This document shows, piece after piece, positions 63,711-64,000 of a stretch of 64,000 nucleotides of DNA. Source of the DNA: Vitrella brassicaformis CCMP3155 (lineage: Eukaryota; Protista; Chromerida); NCBI GenBank assembly GCA_001179505.1, contig CDMY01000356.1:248001-312000 (forward strand). Reading direction: 5' to 3'. The translations under genes and the position numbers were made by a program. Each line of letters starts with the position of its first letter. The stretch's first letter is position 1. Below the pieces are notes generated by a model. That model was not told the origin of the DNA, did not search any database, and worked only from the letters and a program-made list of their open reading frames with translations.

Positions 63711-64000
63711 TCAGGTCCTGACTGCAATGACCCTGGAGTACTCCCTGGTCTTGAACAGATACCCGCAAAGCCCGACGCCACCCAACACAAACAACACGTA
63801 CGCCACGAAACACGCCATGCTGAACCCACGCAGCCACAGAGGCGGACGCTCAGACTCGAGAGACACATCTGAACAAACAACGATGGAGGCCAGACAGACC
63901 ACGAACCATCCATCCATCCATCCATCCATCCATTTATCCGTTTTCACATGCGTTGTGAATCACAGGTGTGGGGTGGGTGACTCACCTTGCATCCTTCGCC
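63711..64000 (-). CDS. 3' end of a gene entering from the right edge, with a single-TM terminal exon
   Basis: Donor aag|gtgagt near 63985, then a (GGAT)n intron, then ...MACFVAYVLFVLGGVGLCGYLFKTREYSRVIAVRT*. Confidence 0.35.

Noticed and set aside
1-64000. rRNA, tRNA or other structured RNA genes; alternative genetic code
   Set aside because: I recognised none by eye. Long exons translate cleanly with the standard code, and in-frame stops fall in introns.

Overview
This is eukaryotic, intron-rich genomic DNA, not prokaryotic. It is GC-rich, with many short GT-AG introns full of (CA)n, (CTGT)n, (CCAT)n and (CAGT)n microsatellites, so the ORF track fragments almost every gene and most of its short ORFs are antisense or intronic noise. 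The intron style, a nucleus-encoded PAM68 with a signal-peptide plus transit-like leader, and myzozoan-type secreted proteins point to a photosynthetic alveolate, most likely a chromerid such as Vitrella (inference). Splicing exons by hand gives about 17 genes: a giant ~20-kb ARM-repeat gene, a NIMA/NEK-like kinase, an SV2/SVOP-like MFS transporter, a SANT/Myb protein, a TLC-domain membrane protein, a secreted internally duplicated coiled-coil protein, PAM68, a MOCOS-like PLP enzyme without a MOSC domain, a DCAF8/6-like WD40 protein, an intronless GT23 fucosyltransferase-like gene, a possible TTI2-like protein and several hypotheticals. The top finding is one spliced gene (45097-48537, minus) that joins a LabA/DUF88-type NYN ribonuclease domain with its catalytic Asp motifs intact, a canonical eIF4E-binding motif (YTKDTLL) and an eIF4G-type MIF4G domain. 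It lies in a 9.3-kb segment bracketed by ~1.2-kb inverted repeats, which are the shared 3' parts of two secreted PH-like paralogs with different 5' exons. Four unrelated genes each show an apparent 1-nt deletion, more likely consensus errors than pseudogenes. Coordinates are hand-derived and domain calls rest on recalled motifs; no searches were run.
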